NCBI GenBank assembly: GCA_951406725.2
Contig: OX597820.1
Span: forward strand, 110,484,001-110,548,000
Reading direction: 5' to 3'
Source of the DNA: Octopus vulgaris
Lineage: Eukaryota
Length of the DNA stretch: 64,000 bases
A program made the position numbers and the translations under genes. Below are positions 32,208 through 44,435 of this stretch, piece after piece; position 1 is the stretch's first letter, and each line of letters opens with the position of its first letter. The notes under the pieces are model-generated. The model saw only the letters and a program-made list of their open reading frames with translations, ran no database searches and was not told the origin of the DNA.

Positions 32208-32972
32208 AACAAGATGCCCGAGCTAAAGTCACGCCACAAAGACGGCGAATAAACACGATTTTATACGACACAGAAAGTGAAATAAACGGCAATAAATAAT
32301 AAATAATCGAAGCAAAAACAGGGAGTAAACAAGCGTTGACAGTTGCTGTTAGTGGTGCTGTTCGCCTGTTATTACGTTGGTGAACGTAGGTAACACGTAT
32401 TTAGTGGTTGAGAGAGGTGTGTGTGTGCATGGATGTGTATGAAGTGTATGTGTGTATGTGTCTGAATCAACGAAGACTTGCACCAACAAGTAAAGACTTC
32501 CACAAACTAACGAGATCAGCCTGTCAAGAGTCGACCAACACAGACAGGTTCTTTTAAATACACCATTCACACAGAGACATACACACACATACATACATAC
32601 ATATACATATGTATGTATTCACTCACACATATATTATAGAAGTATGTGCACGCGAATGTGTGTCTATGTATATTGTATTAAAATGCTAAAAAAAAATCAG
32701 TTTTCTTTTCTAGCTCTGTTTTGTTCTACTGTTGTGTTTTTCACCTAAAACCATATTTCAATGCAGCCAGAATCAGCTCAGGCACCGCTTGAAGTTATTT
32801 TTAATGACAGCAGCCTGAAATTGTTTTGATCGATCTATTATTCATCTTGCCCACAGCCTTAAAAAGGTGACATTTCGTGTCTTATTTTCGTTTTAATATA
32901 TTTCTTCCAATTGCCAATTACTTTAAAAGTAAGCAGCAGTAGAACTCGAGTTGATGAAGATATTACATATAC

Positions 32973-33120
32973 CTGTGGCTTAGCGAGAGCAAGGAAGAGA
33001 GCCGCCGCCACACTGCACAAGTTATCTTCAGGTGATGATGATGAGGAGGAGGAAGATAATAGGAAGTGAGGCGGCTGTTTTTAGCAGCTTATCTCATTCA
33101 TTCGCGATCCTGTTGGTAGT
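32973..33120 (-). other. Candidate non-coding first exon of a host gene
   Basis: GC/CpG-rich, pyrimidine-rich leader ending CAG|GTATAT at 32973/32972, just downstream of the CCAAT boxes; 5' limit approximate. Confidence 0.4.
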
Positions 33121-33189
33121 AGTGAGCGTGTGTGTGCGTAATGACTGACAAACAGAGAAATAAAAGTAAAAATAAACAAAATGAACGAC

Positions 33190-33330
33190 CATGTACATAT
33201 TCCATTAAGCGAACGACAGACCGTGAATTCGACCAATCATACGCGTTGTAATTGATGTCGTCATGACAATTCAAATTTTTGTCCAATCAAAACCGTTTAT
33301 ATTTCCTCGCTCGCCCACTTACATTATTGA
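33190..33330. promoter_or_regulatory. Probable promoter with two CCAAT boxes
   Basis: gaCCAATca (33233) and gtCCAATca (33283), with local CpG enrichment against a CpG-poor background. Confidence 0.5.
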
Positions 33331-34229
33331 ACTCGTTTTTCTTCTCATTCGTATCTCAGCAATCTTTCCGTTATTTCTGCTAGCATCTGTGTCAGTGTGA
33401 CTGTTGTAATAACAGTGCCCTTTCAAAACAAACGACTAAACACGACATTAAATATACAACATTATAGCTTCTGTAATATAGAGTGCTTTTATATTTCAAA
33501 AATAACTTATGAAATCCTTTTCAGTTGCTCCTTCGCTAATAGTAGTGGCCTGACGGTTTGAATTCTTAGAAACAAAAATTCTCAACTCATTTTATGTCAA
33601 GACATAAACAAATACACGTGTATCACTGCCTTAGCAAGTTGAATAATCATTGGGTTCTTTTATAAATTTCTTTGCATCCCAGTAAACTTCATATATTTAT
33701 GTCAAAAGAATTCAGGTCATGATGGCAGATAAATTTATAATCATCCTTAAAACTCAGATATTTTACTTTTGTTATTTATTGAATTATTTATTGTTTACTT
33801 CCTTTTTCTTTCTTTTTATCTTTCTGAACAAGTGGTCATTGTGACAAGGAATCTTTAATAAAAATTAGAAGAAAGTAACAATTCCTTCTCAGTTTCATGA
33901 AATTTTGTATGTTTTATTTTTTTACCAAAGAATATTTCAATAGAGCAAGAAAAATATATCCTTCAGTATCCATGTTCTGAATTCAGACCCTATTACGATT
34001 GACTGCCTTTTCTCTTTTTCTCCTTCGAGAGTCCAGTAATGTACCTGGAATTGATTAGTTCGACCATCCCGTCGTCACCTTCCATAAAAAGCTTTGGCTG
34101 TTCAGTAATGATGTTACATAGTTGAGGAATTTTGTACACTTGCCAATCATAGCTGAATTTCTCCAACAGGTGAAATAACCTGCTATAGGTCAGCATCCCA
34201 TCCACAAAGAGATTTAACTCTCAGCAACT

Positions 34230-35200
34230 TAATACTACAGAATTAATAACTTGAATTCTGCCCCAGACTCCCACGATCAAGCTGCTTTGCCCAAATGGTT
34301 TAGGGGTCTAAGTCTGCACAAGTGCTAGTCTTTATCTCTTTCCTGTTTTCTTTCCTCCTTCCATGCTTGTTTACCTTTGGTAGGCAACATCCTCTCCTCT
34401 CCAACATGGACTGATTCCAACAGGGAGATGGATGAAGCTATGTCACAATGAAGAAGAGCTGGGTTTGTCAGTTCTGGTTACAGTGGCAGATAGACGGAAA
34501 CAGAGAGTGTGGGACAATCTGCACTCAGCTCAGTTTTCAAGGTGTCGCCTACTTTCAGCTAGTGCAAAATTCTCAGGGGACTGGATTGATGCCCTGCCTG
34601 TGGCCAACATCAGAGTTCTACTCACTTTAGATGAGCTCTGCATCTCCATCACACTGAGAGTGAGAGATGACTTCTGTAGGGGACTGAGATTCCACTGTGG
34701 TAGGCCCCTTGACCCCACAGGTCTTCATAGTCTGTCGTAGTTTGTCACACCAAACTAAACCTAATCATTAAGCGAGCCCTGGCTCAGATTAATATCCCCT
34801 CAGTTCTGGAGCCATCGGGGTTATCCAGAAGTGATGAAAAGAGACCAGGTGGTCTTAGCCTCTGTCCCTGGGTTAGAGGTAGGCACCTCATTTGGGACAC
34901 CACAGTCTTTGATTCCTTTGCTCCCTCCCACATCCTGGATGCTGGAGTTAACGGGAGAGTCACTGCTTCCATAGCCGAACAGAAAACTCTGAAGTATCGA
35001 GACCTGACAGTGAACTCTCTCTTCCAATCTGTGGTGCTTGAGATGCTCAAAGGGGCTGGACCACTAACCGCAAAGTTCTTGTCAATGTTGGCAGCTTGCC
35101 TCACCGAGGTATCACATGATGCTCATGAGGGCACTTGACTTCCCCAATGCCTTAGCCTCACCATCACCCATGGTAATGCTCCGAGTGTGCTGGCTTGCTT
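34230..35200 (+). mobile_element. CRE-clade non-LTR retrotransposon 3' fragment (zinc knuckle plus restriction-like endonuclease)
   Basis: QAALP..GL, SGDWIDALP, CG..LD..GLHSLS, LN.IIKRAL, EP.GL.RSDEKRPGG...PW.RGR.LIWDTT, GNA; frameshifted. Confidence 0.82.
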
Positions 35201-35821
35201 TACGCACCTTGTGGTGTGCAACCAGTTGCTGTGATAAAAAATTTTTTTTTGATTCCCCACAAATGGTTTCAATACAGTTTTTTAACAGAAAGATTTGGAA
35301 GAATTAGATGAAAGTTCTCCAGTATTTTCTTCCATGTAAATAAATGTTTATGCCCATTTAGAAATTTGCCAGCAAAATTTTATAAAATGACAATGTTCTA
35401 AAAGATGTACATGTTTATATGTTATATTTGAAAATAAAAATTTTTTAACTCTAAAGGAAAAAATGTATATGAGTTTTGTTCTTTTAACTTTGAAGTTTTG
35501 TCAGGTGAATACAAGTCCCTCGTTCAAGAACCTGTTTATAAGTAGAAATGTTTATTTACATTTAATATGAAGGCCATATATTTTAAAAGGAGCAGGAAAT
35601 AGGTTTGTAATCATATAGTACCCTGTTTAAATATGCTACAATGAAGTGAGATAGATTTATAAGTGGACAGGTAAGTCTCATGAGCAACATTGTCTCCTCT
35701 CCAACATAAACCAATTCCAACAGAGAGTTGGATGAAGTTCTTCAACACTGGAGTGAATTGGGCCTGTCTGCTCCTGAGAAGGTGGAGGACTGTCAGAGTC
35801 AGAGAGCATAAGGACAACATA

Positions 35822-38800
35822 CAAGGGTTGTATAAAACCATCAAAAGCTTGTTTATTTTTATGTTTTTGATTTATTATTAGTGTTGCTTAATATGTTTTA
35901 CTAAAATTGCTGTTTCTTTTCAGATATCATCAGAAAAAGGTAATTAAAATTCATTAAAAAGACAGATCTGTCAGACTTTCAAAGAGGTCAAATTGTTGGT
36001 GCTCGTATGGAAAGCACTAGCATAATGAAAACAGCCAAAATGTTTGGTGCATCAAGAAGTACTGTCTCGAAAGTAATGTGTTATGTGGACGCCCCCAGAC
36101 GATGAAGTAGGCTAGCCCAATATGTAGATATAGAGGGAGAAGCTTAGACGTCAGTAGCACCAAAGAGCAGAGTAAGAGAGTTGAGTAGAGGTCATCCGGA
36201 CCTGCAACATAACAGTGGCAATGAAGATTTTGTAGCTCATGCAGCCACTGTGTACACTGTGTAGTATTGCAATATAACAGTGGTTAATAAGGCTTGCGAA
36301 AGGTTTAAGCTGGAAGAATTAACACCAGATATGTTCAAGTGCCTAATATTCATTAAAGGGTTTGTGGCAACGGAAGATGCGGAAATTAGAAAAAGAATAT
36401 TATCAAAGTTGAATCAAGATGTGAAACTCACTTTGCAGAATGTGGCTGAGGAATGCCAACAAATAATAAACCTTCGAGATGATACAAGAAAGATAGAAGA
36501 CAAGAATAATAATATACAAATGTGTAAAGAAAGTACAGAAAGAAGATAAAATTTAAATTCAAAACGGTGCTATGGTTGCGGAGATCAACATTTGAGGAAA
36601 GATTGCTCCTTTAAAGATAAAACCTGTTTTAAGTATGGTAAAATTGGACATATACAGACAAAATGCCGGTCAAAGAAAATGGTAAAACAGAAGAAAGACA
36701 ACTCAACACCAAAATGCAATTAGATACTGGTTCAGATGTATCGATAATAAATACGGCAGCATGGAGTAAGATAGGCAAGCCATTGTATAAAAACACTACT
36801 AGGATAGCCTGTGGTGTGTCAGGGGAATGAGTTCAATTCTTGGGAGAAATTTCTCCAGAAATAAAACTTAAAAACAGGATGTGGAAATGTAAACTAATGG
36901 TATCTAAGAATACAATGAATCTGTTCGGGACAGATTTAATGGAAGGATTCAACCTGTGGGATCTATCACTGAATACATTATGTAACAAGGTGAATGTGTC
37001 ACAGTCCATGTTAGAGAAAGCATCGGAAAAAATGAAATTAAAACTGGAAAAGATGTACCCTGATATTTTTTCGAAAGAGCTCGGTATGTGTAAAAAAATT
37101 AAAGTAAAATTTGAGTTGAAAGAAAGTGCGGTACCAGTGTTCAAACCGAAAAGGAATGTACCTTTTGCGGCATTAAATCAAGTTGAGAAGGAATTAAAAA
37201 GATTGGAAGACATGGAAGTAATTGAAAAAGTAGACTACTCTGAGTGGGCGGCTCCTACCGTATATATAAAAAAGAAGAACAACGAAGTAAGAGTATGTGT
37301 GGACTTCTCAACTGGTCTTAATGATTGTTTAAAAAATTACAATTATCCGCTTCCAAACCCAGAAGAAATATTTGCTAAGCGCAATGGTGGGAAAAAATTT
37401 TCCAAGCTGGATTTGTCAGAGACCTACCTCCAATTACTGGTAGATGAAGAATGTGCTAAAGTATTAACAATCAATACTCATAAAGGTCTGAACCGTTTCA
37501 AAAGATTACCATTTGGGGTAAAGGTCACCCCAGCAATATTTCAGCAAGTAATGGATACTATGCTAGCAGATTGTGAGTTCGCGGTCTCATACTTGGATGA
37601 CATATTGATCAAAAGTGAATCAAGGGACCAACATATTGAACATATAGAAGAGGTTTTCAAACAAATATGTGAGTACGGGTTCAAAGTAAGGGAGGATAAA
37701 TGTGAATTTTTTCTTGACAAAAACAAAGTACTTAGGACAGGTGATCGATGAAAACGGATGAAAACCGGACCCATCTAGGATCGACGCGATAAAAAAAAAA
37801 TGCCTGCTCCCACTAACAAAACAACACTACAAGCATTCTTAGGTTTGGTAAGTTATTACCAGTTGTACATACTTAAAATGTATGAGCTAAGAGCTCCATT
37901 GAATCAGTTGCTAAAGAAGGACTCAAAATGGAGCTGGACAAACGAATGTCAGAAATCATTCGAGGAATTAAAAAGCGGTTAACATCAGAGTTATCATTAA
38001 CTCATTTTGACCCAAACCTGAAAATAATTGTGGCATCGGATGCCAGTGAATATGGTGAGCTGTGATTTTGCATAAATTTGATGATGGTAAAATCAAAGCT
38101 ATTGCACATGCACCGGGAGTTCTATTACCAGTGGAAAGAAACTACAGCCAGATTGAAAAAGAGGTGTTATCATTAATCTTCGCAGTAAAAAAATTCCATA
38201 AATTCTTACATGGGAGGAAGTTTACACTGCAAACGGATCACCGACTGTTATTGTCTATTTTTGGTTTGAAAAAGGGTATCTCAATGCACTCAGCAAACCG
38301 CTTACAGCACTGGGGGACTACTCTGTTGAACTACAATTTCCAGATGGAGTTTTTGCTATCAATGAAAATGGGACACGCAGATGGGTTGTCTAGGCTGATT
38401 CCAAAATATTAGGAACCTTTTGAAGACACAGTGATTGCATCGTTAAAACTAGAAATAGAACTGGAGAACATTTTGTGTAATGTAGTATGTGATTTGCTGG
38501 TAATGCTGGAAGAAATTAAATTGAAATCGAAAAATGATAGGTTCATAAATAAGATTTTTAAAATGTTTAGTAACACAAAAAATATAAATGAGCGGGACGC
38601 AGGTTCAAAGCACTATTCAGTATGTGATGAGGTATTATTATATGCACAAAAGACTTTCATGTAGGACATTCAGGGATTGTCCGGATGAAGAGCCTTATGA
38701 GAAGTTACGTTTATTGGCCGAATATGGAAAAGCAAATTGAGAGACTGGTAAAACAGTGTAGGGGATGCGCTATGGCAGCAAAGGCGCCCCCAGTGCAGAT

Positions 38801-40838
38801 TCAGCTGTGACCAAAAACGGATTTGGCATGGTCTAGACTTGATGTGGGTTTCGTAGGACCAATAAATTACTCTCATTATATGATTGTGGTGGATAGCTAT
38901 TCCAAATGGCCTGAAGTGTGTAAATGTTCAAGGTCAACCACAAGTGTGACTATTGACTTCTTGGAAGAACTGTTCACTTGTTATGGAGTCCCAGATACAA
39001 TTGTGTCAGATAATGATACACAATTTATGGCGAAGGAGTTTGAAAGATTCTGTAAGTCAGTTCAGATGAATCATGTGTTAACTCCGCCATACCATCCAAG
39101 GTCAAATGGGTTAGCGGAAAGATTCATCGACACATTCAAGAGAGCCTTAAGGAAGACCAGACAGGAAATCCTTGAAGATACAAATATGACAAAGTTTTTG
39201 CAGGTATATAGAATAACACCAAATCCAAATGCAGAGTCGGGTAGGTCACCCACAGATTTGATGTTTTCCAGAAAAAATTGTTCTATTTTTGACAAATGGT
39301 TGCCGAGTAGGAAACAGAAAATAGAAAATATGGGAAGAAAAACGAATTTTTTTAACACAGGTGACAAAGTGTATTTTAAAATATATAGTAATGGAAAACA
39401 GGACTGGGAAGAAGGAAATATAACTGGACGTCTGGGTAACGTGATGTACATGGTAAAAGGACCAAAATATGAACACAGAAGGCATTTAAACCAATAAAAA
39501 AAAAGACATACCAAAAACCAAGGGAGGCAAGAAGAACCAATGGATTTATGGTATGATTTGTTCCAGGTCCCAGAACCACAAGCAAAAGCAGAACCAACAT
39601 GTAGGTTGAACAAGAAGAGAAAACCTACAGAAATGATGGAAATTAACGCTAAGAGAAAAAGATATGCCAGTTTCTCACTGAAGAAATAAAATTGATAGAT
39701 TCAGGTTTAAAAAACTCAAAAGGGGGAGGTGTTGTGTGGACGCCCCAGACGATGAAGTAGGCTAGCCCAATACGTAGATATAGAGGGAGAAGCCTGGACA
39801 TCAGTAGCACAGAAGAGCAGAGTAAGAGAGTTGAGTAGCAGTCGGGAGTTGAGTGGAGGTCATCCGGACCTGCAACATAACATAATGACAGCTTTTGAGA
39901 AAGAGGAAAAACCTTCTCGCTGAAACAAAACTCCGGAAGACAACCAAAACTTTCACATAGGGACTGTCGGACTCTAACGTGAATTGTTAGAAAGGATCGC
40001 AAAAGTACAGCTCCTAAAATTACTGCACAGCTTAATGACCACTTTGAGAATCCAGTTTCCACAAAACTGTTTGCCGGGAGCTGCACAAAGCCAGATTTCA
40101 TGGGAGGGCTGCAATCAGAAAGCCACTACTTTCAAAAACAAACATTGCAGAGCATTTAGAGTGGAGAATAAAGCCTACAGAACTGGTCCCTAGAGATGTG
40201 GAAGAATGTTATTTTCTCAGATGAATCATCCTTTACCTTATTTCCGACCACTGGCTGAGTATATGTGTGGAGACAGCCAAAAGAAGCATTTGACCTAGAC
40301 TGCTTTCTTCCAACTGTTAAACATGGAGGATGATCTGGGAGAGCTATATCTTGGAAATCTGCTGGCCTAATGGTTTCCATTCATGGCAGAATTAATAGTG
40401 AAGACTATTTAAGCATTTTATCTGATCAAATCGATCCTATGGTTGCAAAACTGTTTCCGGAAGGAAACACAATCTTTCAGGATGATAATGCACCAATTCA
40501 CACAGCTAAAGTTGTTACTAATGGCATGAGGAACATTCTAGTGAAGTTGAACATCTTATCTGGCCACCACAGTCCCCAGATCTCAAAACTATTGAACATT
40601 TATGGTGCATTTTAGAAAAACAAGTAAGGAGTCGATATCCTCCGCCATCATCATTACAAGAACTGGAAACTGTTTTAGCCGAAGAATGGACAAAAATTCC
40701 TTTGGGAACAATTCAAACTTTGTACGTCCATACCTCATAGAATTTAAGCTGCATTTACTGCCAAAGGCGGTCCTACCCCATATTAGAATAAGTTTGTTTT
40801 AAATTTTAAGGTGTTTCCATTATTTTGTCCAACCCCTG
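35822..40838 (+). mobile_element. Tc1/mariner transposon, DD36E (Incomer-like), decayed, interrupted by Gypsy
   Basis: TA target duplication; TIR CA(A/G)GGGTTG(T/G)A(T/C)AAAA at both ends; DLSDFQRGQIVGAR, VIFSDES, FQDDNAPIH, WPPQSPDL.TIE. Confidence 0.9.
36079..39882 (+). mobile_element. Ty3/Gypsy LTR retrotransposon (Mag-like), decayed
   Basis: LTRs 36079-36214 and 39730-39882 (TGT..ACA); TSD TAATG at 36074 and 39883; PBS TGGCAATGAAGAT (decayed tRNA-Ser-like); PPT aaagggggagg; two CCHC knuckles, LDTGS, YLDD, SDAS/NYSQIEKE, integrase DSYSKW/VSDN/SNGLAER. Confidence 0.95.
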
Positions 40839-42058
40839 TAATTTCAAAGGCTACCTTTGACTCCCTCTTCATCCAGTTGGACCAGTTTCCAAGGTGCTGC
40901 TTACTGTCTGCTAGTGCCAAATACTTAGGTGAGTGGGTTGGTGCCATTCCTGTGGCTAACATTGGTGGCCAACTCAGCTTTGACAAGCTGCGTGTCTCCA
41001 TTGCCCCCAGAGTAGGAACAGATGTCTGCATAGGTTTGAGCTCTCATTATGGCAAGTTGTTTGACTCCACAAGCCTCCATAATCTTCCTTGCCACCTGAA
41101 TGCTGGTTGCTTTGCACATCACATGGAGTTGAACCTTATGCTCAAGAGGAGCTTGGCCTGGGCAAACATCCCCTCCATCTTGGAACCATCTGTGTTGTCC
41201 AGATATGATGGGAAAAGACCTGACAGCCTCACCATGTGCCACTGGTTGAGAGGCAGATGCCTTGTCTGAGACATCACAGTTAGCAACTTCTTTGCTTCTT
41301 CTCACATCCCGGATGCTGTGACCAGAGCAAGATCCACAGCTTCTGCGGCCGAGCGGAACAAAATCCTGAAGTACCGCAATCTGTTGGCCAACTACATTTT
41401 CCATCCTGTAGCATTTGAAATGTTTGGTGGGGTCAGACCACTGACTGTGAGATTCCTGTCTTCACTGGCAGCTTGTCTAGCAGAGGTAACTGGTGAAGCT
41501 CATGAGGATGCTTGGCTGTTCCAACGCATCAGCCTCACCATCACACATAGCAATGTTGCAAGTATGCTGGCGTGCCTCAATAGTCATTAGAGAGGTTTCC
41601 TAGCAAACTTCTCTTCTCAACTACACAGTCATTCTTGCACCTAATATGTGTGTGGGAGCGTTTACATTTGTTGTTAAATCAAGTATTGTGTCCAGCAGAG
41701 TTGCCTCCCTTAGCTAAAGACCTCAAAATTGTGCAGCCTGATCTGGCTTTCAAGGTTATTTTTGTAGTAAAAAAGACTTGTTGTGCAAATAACATATTTT
41801 ATTTGGTAGCTGAAAGATTACTGAATCTTTGGATACATCAAAATCGGCAACTCAGTTTTTGAAATCATAAGGATTTTATGCACACACACACACAAACTCT
41901 GTTCTATATATTAAGATTAACTATTTAAAAATTGTGTGTGTGTATTATATAGATATATATTATATATATACATCTATAAATATGTGTGTGTGTGTTCGCT
42001 AGCTTCTGCACGCATTTTTTTTCTCTCCTTGTTTCTTTCTGTGTTTCTTTTCTGTGTA

Positions 42059-42096
42059 TCTTTCTGTCGAAGAGCGTAGGCTTGAAACGTAAAAGA
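42059..42096 (+). ncRNA. Minimal type I hammerhead-like motif with variant core
   Basis: TCTTT-CTGTCGA-A-GAGC GTAG GCTT-GAAA-CG-TA-AAAGA: perfect 5-bp stem I, 4-bp stem II, palindromic ACGT stem III. Confidence 0.6.
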
Positions 42097-42236
42097 CTTG
42101 TTTTATTTATATTCCTGAGCGCCATACTAATACAATTGTTTGTTTATATTCCACCTGCCTTCGACTTTTGTTTATTTTCATAAAGCTTCCCGTTATATAT
42201 ATATATATATATATATATACATACATACATACATAC

Positions 42237-42328
<92 letters not shown>

Positions 42329-42711
42329 GAAATATGTTTCGAAAAGAAAATAGAAACTACACATGGAAAAGACATGGGGAAAGTAAGAAGAAAAATGTGT
42401 AAATGCAAATTGAATATCAAAAAAATAAAGGCATTTTTATGAAAAGTAGCGATAAATAAATACAATTAGATGAATTGTTAAAGAGATTCAAAGTCAAATC
42501 GGTATCATCATTGCTGTTCAAAAGCCAGTGAGCAGCATTTGCATTTTTGCATTTTTTTCTTACTTTAGCCATATTATCATTATTGTTTTTATGTATTTTT
42601 GTATTCTTATTCGTGTAACATCGTCTGTTTTTCCGTCCTTGTTTTGTATACATTCGAGGCTTTCTTCCAAGGAATCTAATGTGCTCGGCTTAGATTTTCC
42701 TTTGGGGCTGG

Positions 42712-42787
42712 CCAGATCGGAGCAATCTCAAGATTAATCAGCCGAAATTGCGAGGATGATCCAGTTCTTGACTGAAGATTGAAGGCT
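42712..42787 (+). ncRNA. Non-circularly permuted hammerhead candidate, family A copy 1
   Basis: GCAA-TC-TCAAGA (42722-33) ... GAAA-TTGC (42744-51) ... TCTTGA-CTGAAGA (42766-78); stems III and I perfectly complementary. Confidence 0.65.
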
Positions 42788-42861
42788 TTGAATGTCCCGT
42801 CCGTGTTTTTTTGTATTGTCTTCTAAATGTTTTGCGTTCTTGTCCCAGTTTGTATTTTTTT

Positions 42862-42929
<68 letters not shown>

Positions 42930-42941
42930 CAGATATATATA

Positions 42942-42989
<48 letters not shown>

Positions 42990-43012
42990 TATATATATGC
43001 ATATATATAAAG

Positions 43013-43136
<124 letters not shown>

Positions 43137-43139
43137 ATA

Positions 43140-44396
43140 TATATAAATTAAATTAGAGATAAAACCACTATTAGGCAAATCAAACGGTGAAAGACATAAA
43201 CCAAAACATAGAAATAAAATTAATTAATATAATATACAAAATAAATAAAATATAAAATTTAAATTTTAAATTTTAAATTTATATTTATAAATTTTTATAT
43301 TTTTATATTTTTTGAATTTTAAATTTATAAACTTTTAATTTAATTTTTAAATTTTTTAATTAATTAATTTTTTTTTATATCAAAAAGTATTAAAAAGTTT
43401 AATATAATATAAGTAAAACCACTACGTACGTTTCATAGCCATAATTCAATGCAAATTACAATTAATTTAAATTCAATTAAAAATTCGAATTATAATTATA
43501 GTCAATCTTCAGGTTAATGATAATAGTTAAATAAATAAGCAAACAGATTTAAACAATATATTTTAAGAAATAGATAAAATAATAATTTTTCTTGTAAAAA
43601 GCTCTATTATCAAATTAGAAACTTAAACCATTAGGATTATGTCATACAACCCAATTATTATGTTAAATATTAATTTTTAAGGTAAAAAAATAGATAGAAA
43701 AATGTATTTATCTATTAAGATATAATATGGCTTTAAAAAACATAATAAACTCACAAATATCCTAAACTCATTTATAGTCAATATGTAATTACCAAATTAT
43801 TTAACAAAATAATCACTATTCATATTTTTAAATTTAAGTTCAAATCTAATAATTATAAAATATTTAAGAATAATAACTAAATTATTATCAATAAATATAA
43901 TAATTAAGATCTAAAATTTACTCTATCAATAAATATATAGACATATAATGAAAACTAAATAAATTAATTAGTCCATTATTACTTACGTAAATATTAAATA
44001 TTAATGTAATATTTTTATGAAATATATTAAAAAATTAAGGATGAAAAAGCAAATTATAAATGAAAAACCTATCTTAAAAGAACCGTATAACTATTTAACG
44101 TTCTATATATTTCGTTGGCTAAATAATAACTTACAAATAACATATAGTTATAATCTAATAATGAAATACATATCTTCAACAACTAAATAATTATACAATC
44201 AAATTAACAATCAGTAGTTATATAGTATCCAATATAATGCAATATAACATAAATTATTAAAATAACTTTAATAAAAAGGTTTACTTAGCTTTCAAAACTC
44301 GTGTCATTAACTAAATTTATAATAAACAGATGGAAAATTCTTTTAACAATGAAAACTACGAATATATTTTATCAATGAAAATTACTAATAAATATT

Positions 44397-44400
<4 letters not shown>
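43140..44400 (-). repeat. Extremely AT-rich Penelope-type UTR/terminal repeat remnant with hammerhead-like motif at 43419-43517
   Basis: Minus strand ac-CTGAAGA-(ttgactataatt...aattatggctat)-GAAA-CGTACG-TA-gt; flanked by (TA)n. Confidence 0.5.
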
Positions 44401-44433
<33 letters not shown>

Positions 44434-44435
44434 AT

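Larger units (their letters stand above)
35682..41600 (+). mobile_element. Second CRE-clade fragment (35682-35821 plus 40839-41600) split by the Tc1
   Basis: The two halves join collinearly with 34383-35200; EPSVLSRYDGKRPD..HWLRGRCLV*D.T, FHPVAFE.FG, LFQRISL...SNVAS. Confidence 0.85.

Noticed and set aside
32863-33069. Plus-strand frame ending ...ARKRAAATLHKLSSGDDDEEEEDNRK*
   Set aside because: No ATG and no upstream exons found; explained as the antisense of a pyrimidine-rich leader with (TCC)/(TCA) repeats.
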